DNA of 63,085 bases, the filler included, from Sanchytrium tribonematis (lineage: Eukaryota), in NCBI GenBank assembly GCA_018985235.1. It is 14 parts of 14 records of this genome, joined end to end, with 100 filler letters (N's around TTAATTAATTAA, not from the genome) between each part and the next. Parts side by side here need not be neighbours in the genome. Positions count along the whole stretch, not along the records: positions 9,683 to 31,259 come from JADGIG010000089.1; positions 31,360 to 34,471 come from JADGIG010000908.1; 12 more parts are not named here. One strand, given 5' to 3'. Positions 21,139 through 31,360 of the stretch are shown in pieces. The position numbers and the translations under genes were made by a program. Under the pieces are notes generated by a model. That model searched no databases. It had not been told where the DNA came from and worked only from the letters and a program-made list of their open reading frames with translations. Every line of letters begins with the position of its first letter. Positions within the stretch are counted from its first letter, which is position 1.

Positions 21139-22296
21139 TTATTTACTTAACACTCTGAGATTTTCTTGAATAAGTTTTCTAACCTTTGTCATGAAATTTT
21201 CAGGACGTTCCTTTGTATTATCAAAATTTTTAGACTGTTCAATGCTTTCAATAGGCGAAACCATATTCGATTTGGACAATCTGTTTGCTTTAGATTGTTG
21301 TTTACGCCGCCTTTTAGCTTTTACTGGCGAAGATTTAGTCGGCGACCGAATAGAAATCGACTGAGTACATTGCTCAAGTTGATTTAAATCTGGCTGATTA
21401 ATGTGAGTATCGATTGTCAACGCAGGTTTGGTTTTGTCGAGATTTTGTGATTTGACTGGTACTGCTTTACTTGTTTTTCCATTTCCGTGAGATCCTTTTC
21501 TAGATTTCTTGGATATACTTTCAGAAGATTCACTAAAAGAGAGTTCGTCTCTGTGTCGCTTTTTAGCTTTTCTCTCATAAAACACGACATATGGCTTGTA
21601 CCTTCGCACATCCGCCTCGCTCAATTTCATAATTCTACTGTCATTACATTCATACCAGATGCCATTTTTCTTAACAATAGCAATATAATGCCCGCAATTA
21701 TCACTACCAAGATGAACTATCATACCGACTAAATTGTAATGTTCATTTTCTCCATTAAATGCAAACGATAATGGAACTGTACTTTTCTTTCTATAAGCAT
21801 TAATGGACAATATCAAGAGCTGGGGATGGCCATGTACTTCGTCAACTTTTGTTGCGCCCCTTCTATGGCATTTTTCGCATTTGTAATCACTCAAAATTGT
21901 TGATTCAGGTTCCAGATTTTTTTCTAAAGAGACTTTTGGATTGATAAATAACATATTAGACTCGTGCTTTGAATTAGATACATATTTACAATGGCGACAC
22001 TTTATGTTAGACGACATAGTAACTTGAAAATTTGAACCTTTTATATATCCCAATAAAAACAATAGTAATTCTTGAGCATCCCCTTGCTTATTCTTTTTAA
22101 AATGCTTCTTGTTTTTGGACAAATGGGATATCAGTGGTTTAAGCTGATTGTCATGGTATGCTGCTTTAATTAATTTGTTCCATTTATGGTCGCCGTCTAT
22201 CGGAAAATGTTCAATATTATGGAGTATTTGTAACACACTATTAATATAGCAGGTATTACCAAAATTACGCAAACCCATCAAGTCCAAATTGGGCAT
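21139..22296 (-). CDS. Ubiquitin-specific protease (USP/C19)
   Basis: Cys box GLRNFGNTCYINSVLQ, QGDAQE, His box HLGSDNCGHY, WYECNDSRI. Confidence 0.92.
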   Translation of the reverse strand: MPNLDLMGLRNFGNTCYINSVLQILHNIEHFPIDGDHKWNKLIKAAYHDNQLKPLISHLSKNKKHFKKNKQGDAQELLLFLLGYIKGSNFQVTMSSNIKCRHCKYVSNSKHESNMLFINPKVSLEKNLEPESTILSDYKCEKCHRRGATKVDEVHGHPQLLILSINAYRKKSTVPLSFAFNGENEHYNLVGMIVHLGSDNCGHYIAIVKKNGIWYECNDSRIMKLSEADVRRYKPYVVFYERKAKKRHRDELSFSESSESISKKSRKGSHGNGKTSKAVPVKSQNLDKTKPALTIDTHINQPDLNQLEQCTQSISIRSPTKSSPVKAKRRRKQQSKANRLSKSNMVSPIESIEQSKNFDNTKERPENFMTKVRKLIQENLRVLSK

Positions 22297-22374
22297 CCTC
22301 GGAAAGTCGAAAGGGGAATTCTGATTTTTTTATTAATCCTTTCCACCAATCAAAAACGTTTCAAGCGTAATTTA

Positions 22375-22596
22375 TTAGTTTTCCCAGTAATATGGCTTCA
22401 AAGAGAGAGTTTTCGGCACAACATATTGTATTCTTTTTTTTGGGTCCAAAATATATTTTCTATGCAAATTTGGAAATTTAGGATCATTGACGAATGCACC
22501 CATCGTTGCGGAGCCAACACCCTTGTAAAAATTTTTATTACCTTTCTTTGAAATTAAAGGCCGCCTTCTTGCACCAAAGAGGATTCTAGAGATCAT
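22375..22596 (-). CDS. MRPL41: Mitochondrial ribosomal protein mL41 (yeast MrpL27 family)
   Basis: RRPLISKKGNKNFYKGVGS..MG...YVVP...LKPY. Confidence 0.88.
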   Translation of the reverse strand: MISRILFGARRRPLISKKGNKNFYKGVGSATMGAFVNDPKFPNLHRKYILDPKKRIQYVVPKTLSLKPYYWEN

Positions 22597-22621
22597 TGTG
22601 TCAAACTACCTCCTTGAACCA

Positions 22622-23518
22622 ATGACGAAATCCGTACAATTATTTTACGCTGAGTGGTCTAAGCAGTCAATGAACTTGCTGAAAGTTGCGGAGGTATGGA
22701 AGAAAAAATATGGTTGTATTCATTTTCAATTTATAAATGTGGACGAAGAAGACATTGATGTTCAAGGTGTACCAACAATAAAATTGACAGATTCTACAAA
22801 GTCTCGTGAGTACATAGGAGCAAATGTACAAATTATAAACAAGATGCTCGAGGAATTGAATTCCTCAGAAGACTCAATTCCAACTGACAAAGATGAGCCT
22901 TACAATGAAACTATTTTAAAAGATTTGGTAAACTCTGCACCGGTCATGTTGTTCATAAAAGGCACTCCATCACAACCTAAATGTAAGTTTACTCGTGAGC
23001 TTCTGGAAATTTTCAAAGAACTTAATATTACATTTTCACATTTTGATATTTTGTCAAATGAATATGTTCGCTTACATCTAAAGCAATTTGGTGAATGGCC
23101 GACTTTTCCCCAAATTTGGCTTCATGGTGAGCTTTTAGGAGGGTTGGATATCATCAAAGAGCTACGAGATAGTCAAGAGCTTCAAATATTGCTAAAAGAC
23201 TATTTAGTTGAAACTGTCGAAAAGTATTGTGAAAGAATTGTAAGCGAATCGCAAGTAATGATTTTCATAAAAGGAACTCCTTTAGAGCCAAGATGTGGAT
23301 TTTCTAAAACTCTGGTGGGCTTGCTGAATGATAAACAAGTGGATTACAAGTTTTTTAACATTTTAGAAAATGAAGAAGTGAGGCAAAAAATGAAAGAAAT
23401 TCACGAGTGGCCCACATATCCTATGGTTTTTGTGAACAAAGAACTAGTGGGTGGTCTCGACATAGTGTCAGAAATGATTAAAACCGGCGAATTTGACGAT
23501 CTCATTAAAGAACAATAA
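22622..23518 (+). CDS. GRX3: Multidomain monothiol glutaredoxin (Grx3/4, PICOT type)
   Basis: Degenerate thioredoxin domain (FYAEW, VPT) followed by two Grx domains (PKCKFT..WPTFPQ and PRCGFS..WPTYP). Confidence 0.9.
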   Translation: MTKSVQLFYAEWSKQSMNLLKVAEVWKKKYGCIHFQFINVDEEDIDVQGVPTIKLTDSTKSREYIGANVQIINKMLEELNSSEDSIPTDKDEPYNETILKDLVNSAPVMLFIKGTPSQPKCKFTRELLEIFKELNITFSHFDILSNEYVRLHLKQFGEWPTFPQIWLHGELLGGLDIIKELRDSQELQILLKDYLVETVEKYCERIVSESQVMIFIKGTPLEPRCGFSKTLVGLLNDKQVDYKFFNILENEEVRQKMKEIHEWPTYPMVFVNKELVGGLDIVSEMIKTGEFDDLIKEQ

Positions 23519-23523
23519 ATTAT

Positions 23524-24930
23524 TTAATTAGGTCGCTTTTCAAGATGAACCACTACACCTGGTGAAGGTCTTTGAGTAATGTTTAACACTGTCTCGATCT
23601 CAAGAGTTTCCTTCACTTGAATTACTTTGTAATTTTTATATAATTTAGCAACCATGACCTTCAGTTCTGTTAAAGCTAATTGTTTTCCAATACAGCCTCT
23701 AAATCCTAATGAGAATGGAATGAAGTCATATTGGTCAATATTGGCATCCCATCTCTCGGGAATAAATTTGTCTGGGTCGTGAAAAACATCGGGATTTCGA
23801 TTCATACCAGAAATATTTATCATAAAGAATGTGTTTTTCGGTAGAATCTGGCCTTTGTATTCCAAAGGCTTTGGAAGCTGTCGCGCTAAAGACGCTGCTG
23901 CAGGTTTTAATCTAATAGCTTCATTTATGACATTTGAAAGATATTTGCAATTGTTAATTGACTCTGAAGAATCTAAATCAACTTCCATTAAACTCTCATA
24001 AAGCTTTTCTTGTTTTTCAGGATTCATTGCCATGAAATAGGCAAGCCAGCCTAGAGTTGTGGACGTGGTCTCGTTGCCTGCCATAATGAAAGTGCAGATC
24101 TGATCTCTAATTTGTTTGTAGCTCTTTTTCTTTCGTAACATAATTCCAAGCAAATCTTCGGTGTATCCTTTTCTTTCTTCTATTAGTTTATGAATAAATA
24201 TATCCAACAAAGCAAGCAGCTTTGATCTTTTTATATTATTTGGAAATGGCAACTGATAATAGTATGGCAATACTGATGCAAGTACGTCAACATTATTAAT
24301 GGTACTAAACGCTTGGCTAATCAAATTTGAAATGTCGTTTTCTTTTTCCAATGAGTTCAAATTATAGTTAAAGCATAATTTACAAATAACATCAAGAGTG
24401 TACTGTCCAAACAGCGGTTGTAAATCAATCTTTCCAGGGATCAGTCTCTTTAAAAGTGCCTCTGACCTATTCAATAGAAACGGAAATAATTGCTGCAAAT
24501 TTGTAGAGCTAAATAAAGGCAAAAATAATTTTTTATCTATAGAATGATCTTCGCCTTCCAAGACCAGTAAACCATTTCCAAGTAGCGGCCGAAGCATATT
24601 GCTTATAAATTCCGCTCTAATGGTGTTTTTGTTTTGGTCAATTAATAAGAACTTACAAATCTCAGGATCAATTGTACTAACACCAGGCCACCAGAGAAAA
24701 TTGTAAACATAAGTTTTCCCATACTTCAAGTGCCATTGATTCATAATGATTGTGTAATCTTGATGTTTAGAGATGTCTCGTACTTGTCCAAAGAAATACG
24801 AAGTCCAATCATTCGAAATAGGTGGGAAAAATTTTATCAGTTGACTTCTCATTTTAATAAAATTGAACAAACAAAAACCCAGGTACGATATCCCAAAAAA
24901 TGTAAAGAGTTTCAATAACGTAAGAATCAT
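23524..24930 (-). CDS. Cytochrome P450
   Basis: N-terminal membrane anchor, AGNETT, EAIR (ExxR), PERW, heme motif FSLGFRGCIG. Confidence 0.96.
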   Translation of the reverse strand: MILTLLKLFTFFGISYLGFCLFNFIKMRSQLIKFFPPISNDWTSYFFGQVRDISKHQDYTIIMNQWHLKYGKTYVYNFLWWPGVSTIDPEICKFLLIDQNKNTIRAEFISNMLRPLLGNGLLVLEGEDHSIDKKLFLPLFSSTNLQQLFPFLLNRSEALLKRLIPGKIDLQPLFGQYTLDVICKLCFNYNLNSLEKENDISNLISQAFSTINNVDVLASVLPYYYQLPFPNNIKRSKLLALLDIFIHKLIEERKGYTEDLLGIMLRKKKSYKQIRDQICTFIMAGNETTSTTLGWLAYFMAMNPEKQEKLYESLMEVDLDSSESINNCKYLSNVINEAIRLKPAAASLARQLPKPLEYKGQILPKNTFFMINISGMNRNPDVFHDPDKFIPERWDANIDQYDFIPFSLGFRGCIGKQLALTELKVMVAKLYKNYKVIQVKETLEIETVLNITQRPSPGVVVHLEKRPN

Positions 24931-25048
24931 GTATCAAAAATCTCCGCAACCTATAATCTAATTTTATGGTTAAAAATGTTCAAAAATAACTTTTGGCCAG
25001 TCTCTAAGTAATAATAGTTCATTTTTTGCAAAATACATTTTTAGTTTC

Positions 25049-28000
25049 ATGAAACACTCAAGTGATTTTTTGAACGTGATAGAAAATCCTACTGAAAATC
25101 AGCAAAAGCTTCAATATTATTTAAACTTTTATCAAAATAGGAAAGAGACTCTGCCTCTTTTTGCGGATAAAATTAATTCTGCCAACAAGGCAATTATTCT
25201 ACTTTTTCTAAATTTAGATCATGGTGCCATTAATGCACAATACCTATATGAAAATCAATTTGAAGAATTTTTTGATTTTGTTATTTCCAAGCATGAATCT
25301 GTCGACTTCCAAGATCTAGAATCTCATTTTGACGTTTTCGTGAAACATTCCAGTAAAATTGTCACATTGGAATCAAATAATATTGCAATAGGAATTGCCA
25401 AAACGGTCATCAACTGTGGGCCAATACTGGATGAAAGATTGCAGCAGATGACCAGGATGTATTATATACAATGTGTAGAAATAATCACAAACCCTGATTC
25501 TAAAAACTTATTAAAATTGAAAGACTCTTGTAAGATTATTAAACATTCGGAATATTATGATTTTGGATACGTCTTGAAGATTTTATTTGCACTTACTAAA
25601 CAAACGAAACATTACACTACCACTTGCCCATTGGTTTGTGAATTAATTCTTAATATATTAGAAAAATCTACATTTATCCAGCATTATAATGTTCTGTCTT
25701 TGTTTTGTAAGTCAACTTTGGCGAAGCCAATTTCTCCTAGTACTCGAGAGCTCGTATTTAAAATTTTGTACATTTTGTTCAATTATCAAGTCACCTTGAA
25801 GCAGTTTCAGGAATTTCTACTAGTTTTTAAGGATGTTGACCATTCGTCTATACCATTTGCTTACAACGCTGCTTGTCTTGCACTTGATAAAATAGATGAG
25901 CCTCCTACTTCATTTCATTCTTTACTGGAGCATGAACATTATCTAGCTAGACTGCTCGGACTCAAGATTTCCAAAAAATTCAATTTGGACATTTTTACTC
26001 ATATGTTAATCGCAAGCTGTGATTCTCATCCGATAATCAAAGAAGAAGCTGAAAAATTTTCATCTGAGTTTGAGAATTGGAATCTCGAAAAACAATTGAA
26101 ATGTCCCACAGAAATCTCTGACAGCAGATTTGTTGAATACCTTTTGGAATTGCTGTTCAAAATTCAATTTCCAGCTAGAGTTCCGATGCTTTGCGCGTTT
26201 GTAGAATCTTGCATTTATAAAAATTGGTATTTATCAACTTTGTCATTACATCAATTCGTGTTTGAAAACCTTATAAGTTCTCCTGTTCACAACAACACGG
26301 CCGCTGAAATTTTCAAGAATGCCATCCTAAACAGTCAAAAATTGAATCAAGAGAAGAAAAATTATTTGACTTTAGCCTTGTTTGTGATAACTCAAGCAGA
26401 CATAGTCCAAAATTATTTAAATTCATTAATTTTCTTTAAAAACATTGATCCTCCAATTTTACAGAAAGATGTTTCTTTGCTTTTTGCAATATGTAGACAA
26501 TTAGTTATACGACCAACATCCAAATCCTTAGCGGTATCAGAATCGCAATTGTTACAGTATATTGATAATCATGATTCTCTATACGTAAAATATTATATTT
26601 TCATTTACTTGCACCAATTCAAGTCATTTGAAAATTTAATCAAAGCCAAAAACGAAATGAAATTACATGCCATAATTTTAAACATTTGCAAATACTACGG
26701 AAAACGACTACACTCGGAAATGTGCTTCAAAAACGATGAGTACATTTACAAAATTGATTCTTCTGCGCTCACATCTTATTTAGAACTCATAAGTGGGAAG
26801 TCATTATCAAACTTATATTTTATTAGACATAGTTTGGAATTCAATATAAATTTACCAATGAAACATCTATTTGACATTTATATCAAAAACATGGATTTTT
26901 TAAGCTCTGATTATGCAGATATTTACTTTAATGCCTTTTCATATTTTTCCAAGCTGCTTGAACGTGATTTATGCCTTGAATTTGTCAACATGTTTGGCAA
27001 AATTAAATCATCAAATAATGTGTACTATCTGTTTTTCAAACAAATTGTAAGCATGACTCAATACTCTAATAATGTTGAACATTTATTCAAGTTTTTTAAC
27101 TCCGAACATGAAATTTATTATTTTTTTACCAAGCATGAGAATGACCAAGTCTCAAAATTGATGCCAAAGCACGTGCTTCAAGGTAATTTTCTGCAACACT
27201 GGATAAAATTTCTCTATTCATTTGATGGCGATGTGAGACTAATAGGACTTTTGAATGCTGCAGATGTTTTTAAAAGTGTCACAATGGAAGAGATACTGCA
27301 ACTGGATCCTTCATTTTGTAAGGGAATACCAAGATTACTAGATGACCCGAATCCAAATTGCCAAAAATATGCAATTTCAACTTTGCAATCATTTCTGAAC
27401 TTTGATTTATCACTTGAAAATGCTGTACAATTTTCGGATACACTCTTATTATATGGTGTTGCCAATAAGCAAACTAATGTCCGCGTGGTTAGTATATCGC
27501 TTTTAATTAAAATTATCAAAAAATTTAATAACCACGAGACCTTGATTCCTATTCTTTTAGAATCCCTGAATCATATAGAAAAATTCTCGGGTTTAGAGGG
27601 TGATGATTTGATTCATTTTATACAAAAGTACACGCTTCGCCTGATTGAAGTCATAAAATTTCAGGGAGATCTAAATGATGTTATTTCATTAATGATTAAA
27701 ACATTTCGAATATCAGATTTGCCACCAAATCGCGAATTTATTTTACAACTTTTAATCAAATGTCAAATTGACACCAATAATTTATCTTTTAGAGAATTGC
27801 AAGATTTAGTAATAGCTCTAAGAGATTCTGATATAGGATGGATAAATATTATCCTTAAAAGTCATTTTGAAAGGAGCAGCAAAGACATGAAAAAGTTTTG
27901 TGACTTCCTAATTGATACTTGGGCTCACTCGTCTTCCAAAGTATTGGACCAATTCATTGTATCATTTTTGTATAAAAATGAGTTTAAGACACTACACAAT

Positions 28001-28345
28001 TTGTTGAATGAATCAAATTATGACCAAAATTGGAATACTTTTGTAAAATATATTTTCAAAACTGCAAACCCTGAGAAAATCAGATTATTAGAATCTAAAT
28101 TAATAGGAATGCCTGATTTTGAGATATCTGCATTTTGTAATTGTCAAATTGAGGTCTTTCTCTTCAAGTATATTGAGAAGTACAACTTAATAATAGATGC
28201 AAATGACATTTTGACTTACGCCAAGCCAACTCATTTTATTTTGCAAGTTGCATCAAAATATTTGCTGAATGATGAAAACTATGAAAAATATGCAGCTTAC
28301 GCCGTTGAAGAAAAGATGGATAATATCAAGTTAAATAAACTTTAG
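25049..28345 (+). CDS. Large HEAT-repeat protein, probably a divergent Ecm29 proteasome adaptor
   Basis: 1098-aa helical ORF. MLIASCDS and GV....NVRVVSISLLIKI...LIPILLESL resemble Ecm29 blocks; the identity is tentative. Confidence 0.55.
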   Translation: MKHSSDFLNVIENPTENQQKLQYYLNFYQNRKETLPLFADKINSANKAIILLFLNLDHGAINAQYLYENQFEEFFDFVISKHESVDFQDLESHFDVFVKHSSKIVTLESNNIAIGIAKTVINCGPILDERLQQMTRMYYIQCVEIITNPDSKNLLKLKDSCKIIKHSEYYDFGYVLKILFALTKQTKHYTTTCPLVCELILNILEKSTFIQHYNVLSLFCKSTLAKPISPSTRELVFKILYILFNYQVTLKQFQEFLLVFKDVDHSSIPFAYNAACLALDKIDEPPTSFHSLLEHEHYLARLLGLKISKKFNLDIFTHMLIASCDSHPIIKEEAEKFSSEFENWNLEKQLKCPTEISDSRFVEYLLELLFKIQFPARVPMLCAFVESCIYKNWYLSTLSLHQFVFENLISSPVHNNTAAEIFKNAILNSQKLNQEKKNYLTLALFVITQADIVQNYLNSLIFFKNIDPPILQKDVSLLFAICRQLVIRPTSKSLAVSESQLLQYIDNHDSLYVKYYIFIYLHQFKSFENLIKAKNEMKLHAIILNICKYYGKRLHSEMCFKNDEYIYKIDSSALTSYLELISGKSLSNLYFIRHSLEFNINLPMKHLFDIYIKNMDFLSSDYADIYFNAFSYFSKLLERDLCLEFVNMFGKIKSSNNVYYLFFKQIVSMTQYSNNVEHLFKFFNSEHEIYYFFTKHENDQVSKLMPKHVLQGNFLQHWIKFLYSFDGDVRLIGLLNAADVFKSVTMEEILQLDPSFCKGIPRLLDDPNPNCQKYAISTLQSFLNFDLSLENAVQFSDTLLLYGVANKQTNVRVVSISLLIKIIKKFNNHETLIPILLESLNHIEKFSGLEGDDLIHFIQKYTLRLIEVIKFQGDLNDVISLMIKTFRISDLPPNREFILQLLIKCQIDTNNLSFRELQDLVIALRDSDIGWINIILKSHFERSSKDMKKFCDFLIDTWAHSSSKVLDQFIVSFLYKNEFKTLHNLLNESNYDQNWNTFVKYIFKTANPEKIRLLESKLIGMPDFEISAFCNCQIEVFLFKYIEKYNLIIDANDILTYAKPTHFILQVASKYLLNDENYEKYAAYAVEEKMDNIKLNKL

Positions 28346-28438
28346 TGATCCATTTTATGGTCTTTCAATATCAATCTTGTATTTGATTGGTGCAAATATA
28401 TGAATGCTTTCATAAAAGTCTTGCAGAGATAATTCGAA

Positions 28439-28927
28439 ATGCATCAAGTTATAATTTATGTTCACCCTTTAAAAAGTGATAGTGAAGAAGTCGTGCTTCT
28501 ACCTGTGTCTTTAAATGATACAACACTTGATGTCATTCAGATCACCTTAGATCACTTAAAAATACCCTTTCATCCCAAATACAAACTATACGAATCCAAA
28601 TTTGTTCCTGGGAAATGCGCAACTTCTAATTCAAACTCTTTGAAAAAACCAAACCGTCAATTGCTCAGAGAGTTGCATGACACAGAATGCCCATTGGTAA
28701 TACTTTACAGTTGGTTTGCCAACAAAGATCGAATGCTTATGAACCTCATACTAAAGCCATGTGAAGGTTCATTGAAGCATGATAAGCTATATGAAAAGTT
28801 GCCATTGGAATCTTTAAAGAGGCGATTAAACGTTTTAGAACGTGAAGAAGAAAAGCGACTTAGTGAAACCAAATTAAAATACGAAAATATGAGACGAATG
28901 ATTATACGACGATTATCTACATTATAA
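28439..28927 (+). CDS. RA-domain + SARAH-domain protein (C-RASSF-like)
   Basis: RA-like VLLPVSLNDTTLDVIQITL...YKLYE...RELHDTECPL, then SARAH-like LPLESLKRRLNVLEREEEKRLSETKLKYENMRRMI. Confidence 0.75.
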   Translation: MHQVIIYVHPLKSDSEEVVLLPVSLNDTTLDVIQITLDHLKIPFHPKYKLYESKFVPGKCATSNSNSLKKPNRQLLRELHDTECPLVILYSWFANKDRMLMNLILKPCEGSLKHDKLYEKLPLESLKRRLNVLEREEEKRLSETKLKYENMRRMIIRRLSTL

Positions 28928-28928
28928 A

Positions 28929-30279
28929 TTATTTATCTTCATCTGTTTTCAGTTGAACCTGAATACCAGCCTTGTTCAACCTCTCAAATAAGACAAAAAG
29001 TTTTTCAGCTTCGATTTCCTTTTCCTCGTCAGTCATTTCACTTATAAAAGAATCTCGCTCTTTCTGTCCAGTTACAAAGTTCCATTCTCCATGCGTTTCT
29101 TTACTATATTTCTCTTGAAGTTGTGAAGATAAGAGCCCATGGTTAACTAAATACCCCATTACTATACCCAAACCGGTATAATTAACCATTTCCTCAACTT
29201 TATAAAAAACAATTACCTTGCTGATCGAATAAAGAAAAAACTAGTTCTTGAATTCGTTCACTTGTGAATGCAGTCATCGGAGGTGGCCTTACCTGTCCCT
29301 CGCTGATAAGCCCTACTTCTTCTTTCGTAATTCCTAGACCTGCAGTTGCAGAGAATGCACTTATAAGCCTGTGAGGCAAAGATATGCCAGCTCCCAAAAC
29401 TTCTGCTCGATCAACGTCATCTGGCAAAAGCTTTTCCTTTAAATATATTCTCCATGGCTTTTGTTTTCCCAATGAGCTTATTTTGAATTCTAAAGTACAC
29501 ATCCAAGTGAACAGATAAGCAATAATTCCAAAAACAGTGCCAGTCACTTCATTGTCATGAGTAAATTTGGTGTCCAAATAATTAATTAGGAAGTCGATTA
29601 ATATTTTGTCCTTCTTTTCAACATAAACATTCTCATATAATGCAACTCCATTTTCAATCGACATAACACTTTCAAGCTCACTCGCCAAAAAATCTTTAAA
29701 ATGAAGTAACGCATTTAAAGCGTGACTAGTGTGGGTTTCATTCAAAACTAAGCGCCTTAACTTTTCATATAACTTGGGTATAGATATGTTTTTAGATTCA
29801 AAGAGTTTGCCCCGTTCTTTATCATTAGTTTGTACAAGATCGTAAAAATTAAGAAGATTATAGAGACACTTTAAGCATTCGTCAAGAACGTCATCCTTAT
29901 CACAATCAAGTGATTCATAGATTTTCTCAACCAAAGCAACTCCGTATAACCGAATTCTTTCATGGTATTCTGTAGTAGCCAAAAAGAAAATTCTAAATAT
30001 CACAAACAAATGATCTGAATGAAGCTGATCTACGACTTTGAGATCAATTTTTTCCGCATAGTATGTATGAGATCCATATAATTTGAGGGTATTAGCAACA
30101 CATTTCAACTCATCTAATTTGCTGAGATCTAGTTGTGACAAGTAAGGACTCATATCAAATATTCGGGATATTGCGAGTAATTGATCAGATCTCTTTTCTT
30201 TAAAAAACAAGGTGACATACTTTTCAACTTCCGAAGATTCAAGAGAATTAATGTCTATGTTAATATCTAAATTTGACAT
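28929..30279 (-). CDS. RIC8: Ric8/synembryn G-alpha GEF and chaperone, 443 aa; exons 30279-29217 and 29197-28929
   Basis: ECLKCLYNL, LKEKLLP..VDR..VLG, ELVFSLFDQQ|VEEMVNYTGLG..MGYL, NFVTGQ, EMTDEEKEIEAEKLFVLFERL. Confidence 0.92.
29198..29216 (-). other. 19-nt intron (phase 1) in RIC8
   Basis: GTAATTGTTTTTTATAAAG. Removal joins the two Ric8 halves in frame. Confidence 0.88.
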
Positions 30280-30603
30280 AAAGTTTCAAGGAATTTACGA
30301 ATAAATGTGCACATTTAAGTGAACTTAATCATCTGTGTGCCAAATAAGCATTTCCTCGTTTGCTTGGCAGGCTAATATGCATTTATAAAAGAGGAAGCCT
30401 ATGAAATTTTGACGGAGAACTGACTTAGTCGCCATCTCGCTAATTTTATTATTTTTGAAAATAAGATATTTACATTAGCAGCGTCCAATTATGCACTGTT
30501 GTATAGGTCAATTCAAGTGTGAATCAATGCCGCAATACTAAAAGGTCATCCAACTATTACTGCAACTGCCAAGGCTACGAAATTTTCAAAATTAAAAAAG
30601 AAA

Positions 30604-31227
30604 ATGATTAAAATGACTGTTGGAAGTAAAGATCAATTAGATTTAAAACCCAAAAGTATTATTGAAGCCAATTCCATTTCTGATGATTTATTGTGTGATG
30701 GTGATTTTGAACTCTTAAATGATTACGAAGAATCATACGAAGCGTACCAACAATTAAAGAGAGCAAAAAGCTTTGAAGATTTAGAATTAAAGCTGGAACA
30801 ATTTGAACTTGTATCGGACATGGATTTGTTATCAGAAAGTGAGATGGATCTTGTTGACGATTATTACGAAGTTCGAAATATTAACTATATTCGACAATAC
30901 TACGCTCCTGTATCAAGATTCAATTTGTCGTCACTTCAAGGCCCAAAATTTTCTGTGCTAAGCACTGACAAACTTGATTTTGTTAGTATTTTAGATTGCT
31001 GGTCAATAGCAAGATTCCACAATCTGACTCAAGATGTGTACAGAAATACTAAAAATATATTGATGAATATACACATAGAATGTCTGCTTGCGACTTTGAT
31101 GTTAGAAAATTCCAAAAACATATTTTGTACTTTGCGACATATAAACCAATCTTTCTTAAATATAGAATATTTCTGCCGTTGCATCAATCATATTTCGATC
31201 ATTATATGTTTAAGTGTTCTTTTTTAA
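30604..31227 (+). CDS. Hypothetical acidic protein
   Basis: 207-aa ORF followed by AATAAA; no family recognised. Confidence 0.5.
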   Translation: MIKMTVGSKDQLDLKPKSIIEANSISDDLLCDGDFELLNDYEESYEAYQQLKRAKSFEDLELKLEQFELVSDMDLLSESEMDLVDDYYEVRNINYIRQYYAPVSRFNLSSLQGPKFSVLSTDKLDFVSILDCWSIARFHNLTQDVYRNTKNILMNIHIECLLATLMLENSKNIFCTLRHINQSFLNIEYFCRCINHISIIICLSVLF

Positions 31228-31360
31228 TAGATTAAAACAATAAATTTGTTTTCACTTGTNNNNNNNNNNNNNNNNNNNNNNNNNNNNNNNNNNNNNNNNN
31301 NNNTTAATTAATTAANNNNNNNNNNNNNNNNNNNNNNNNNNNNNNNNNNNNNNNNNNNNA

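Noticed and set aside
30280..30603. Unusually long intergenic stretches (also 19053-19226) as possible snRNA or ncRNA loci
   Set aside because: I could not recognise U1/U2/U4/U5/U6, tRNA or rRNA signatures by eye. An Infernal/Rfam search is needed before any claim.
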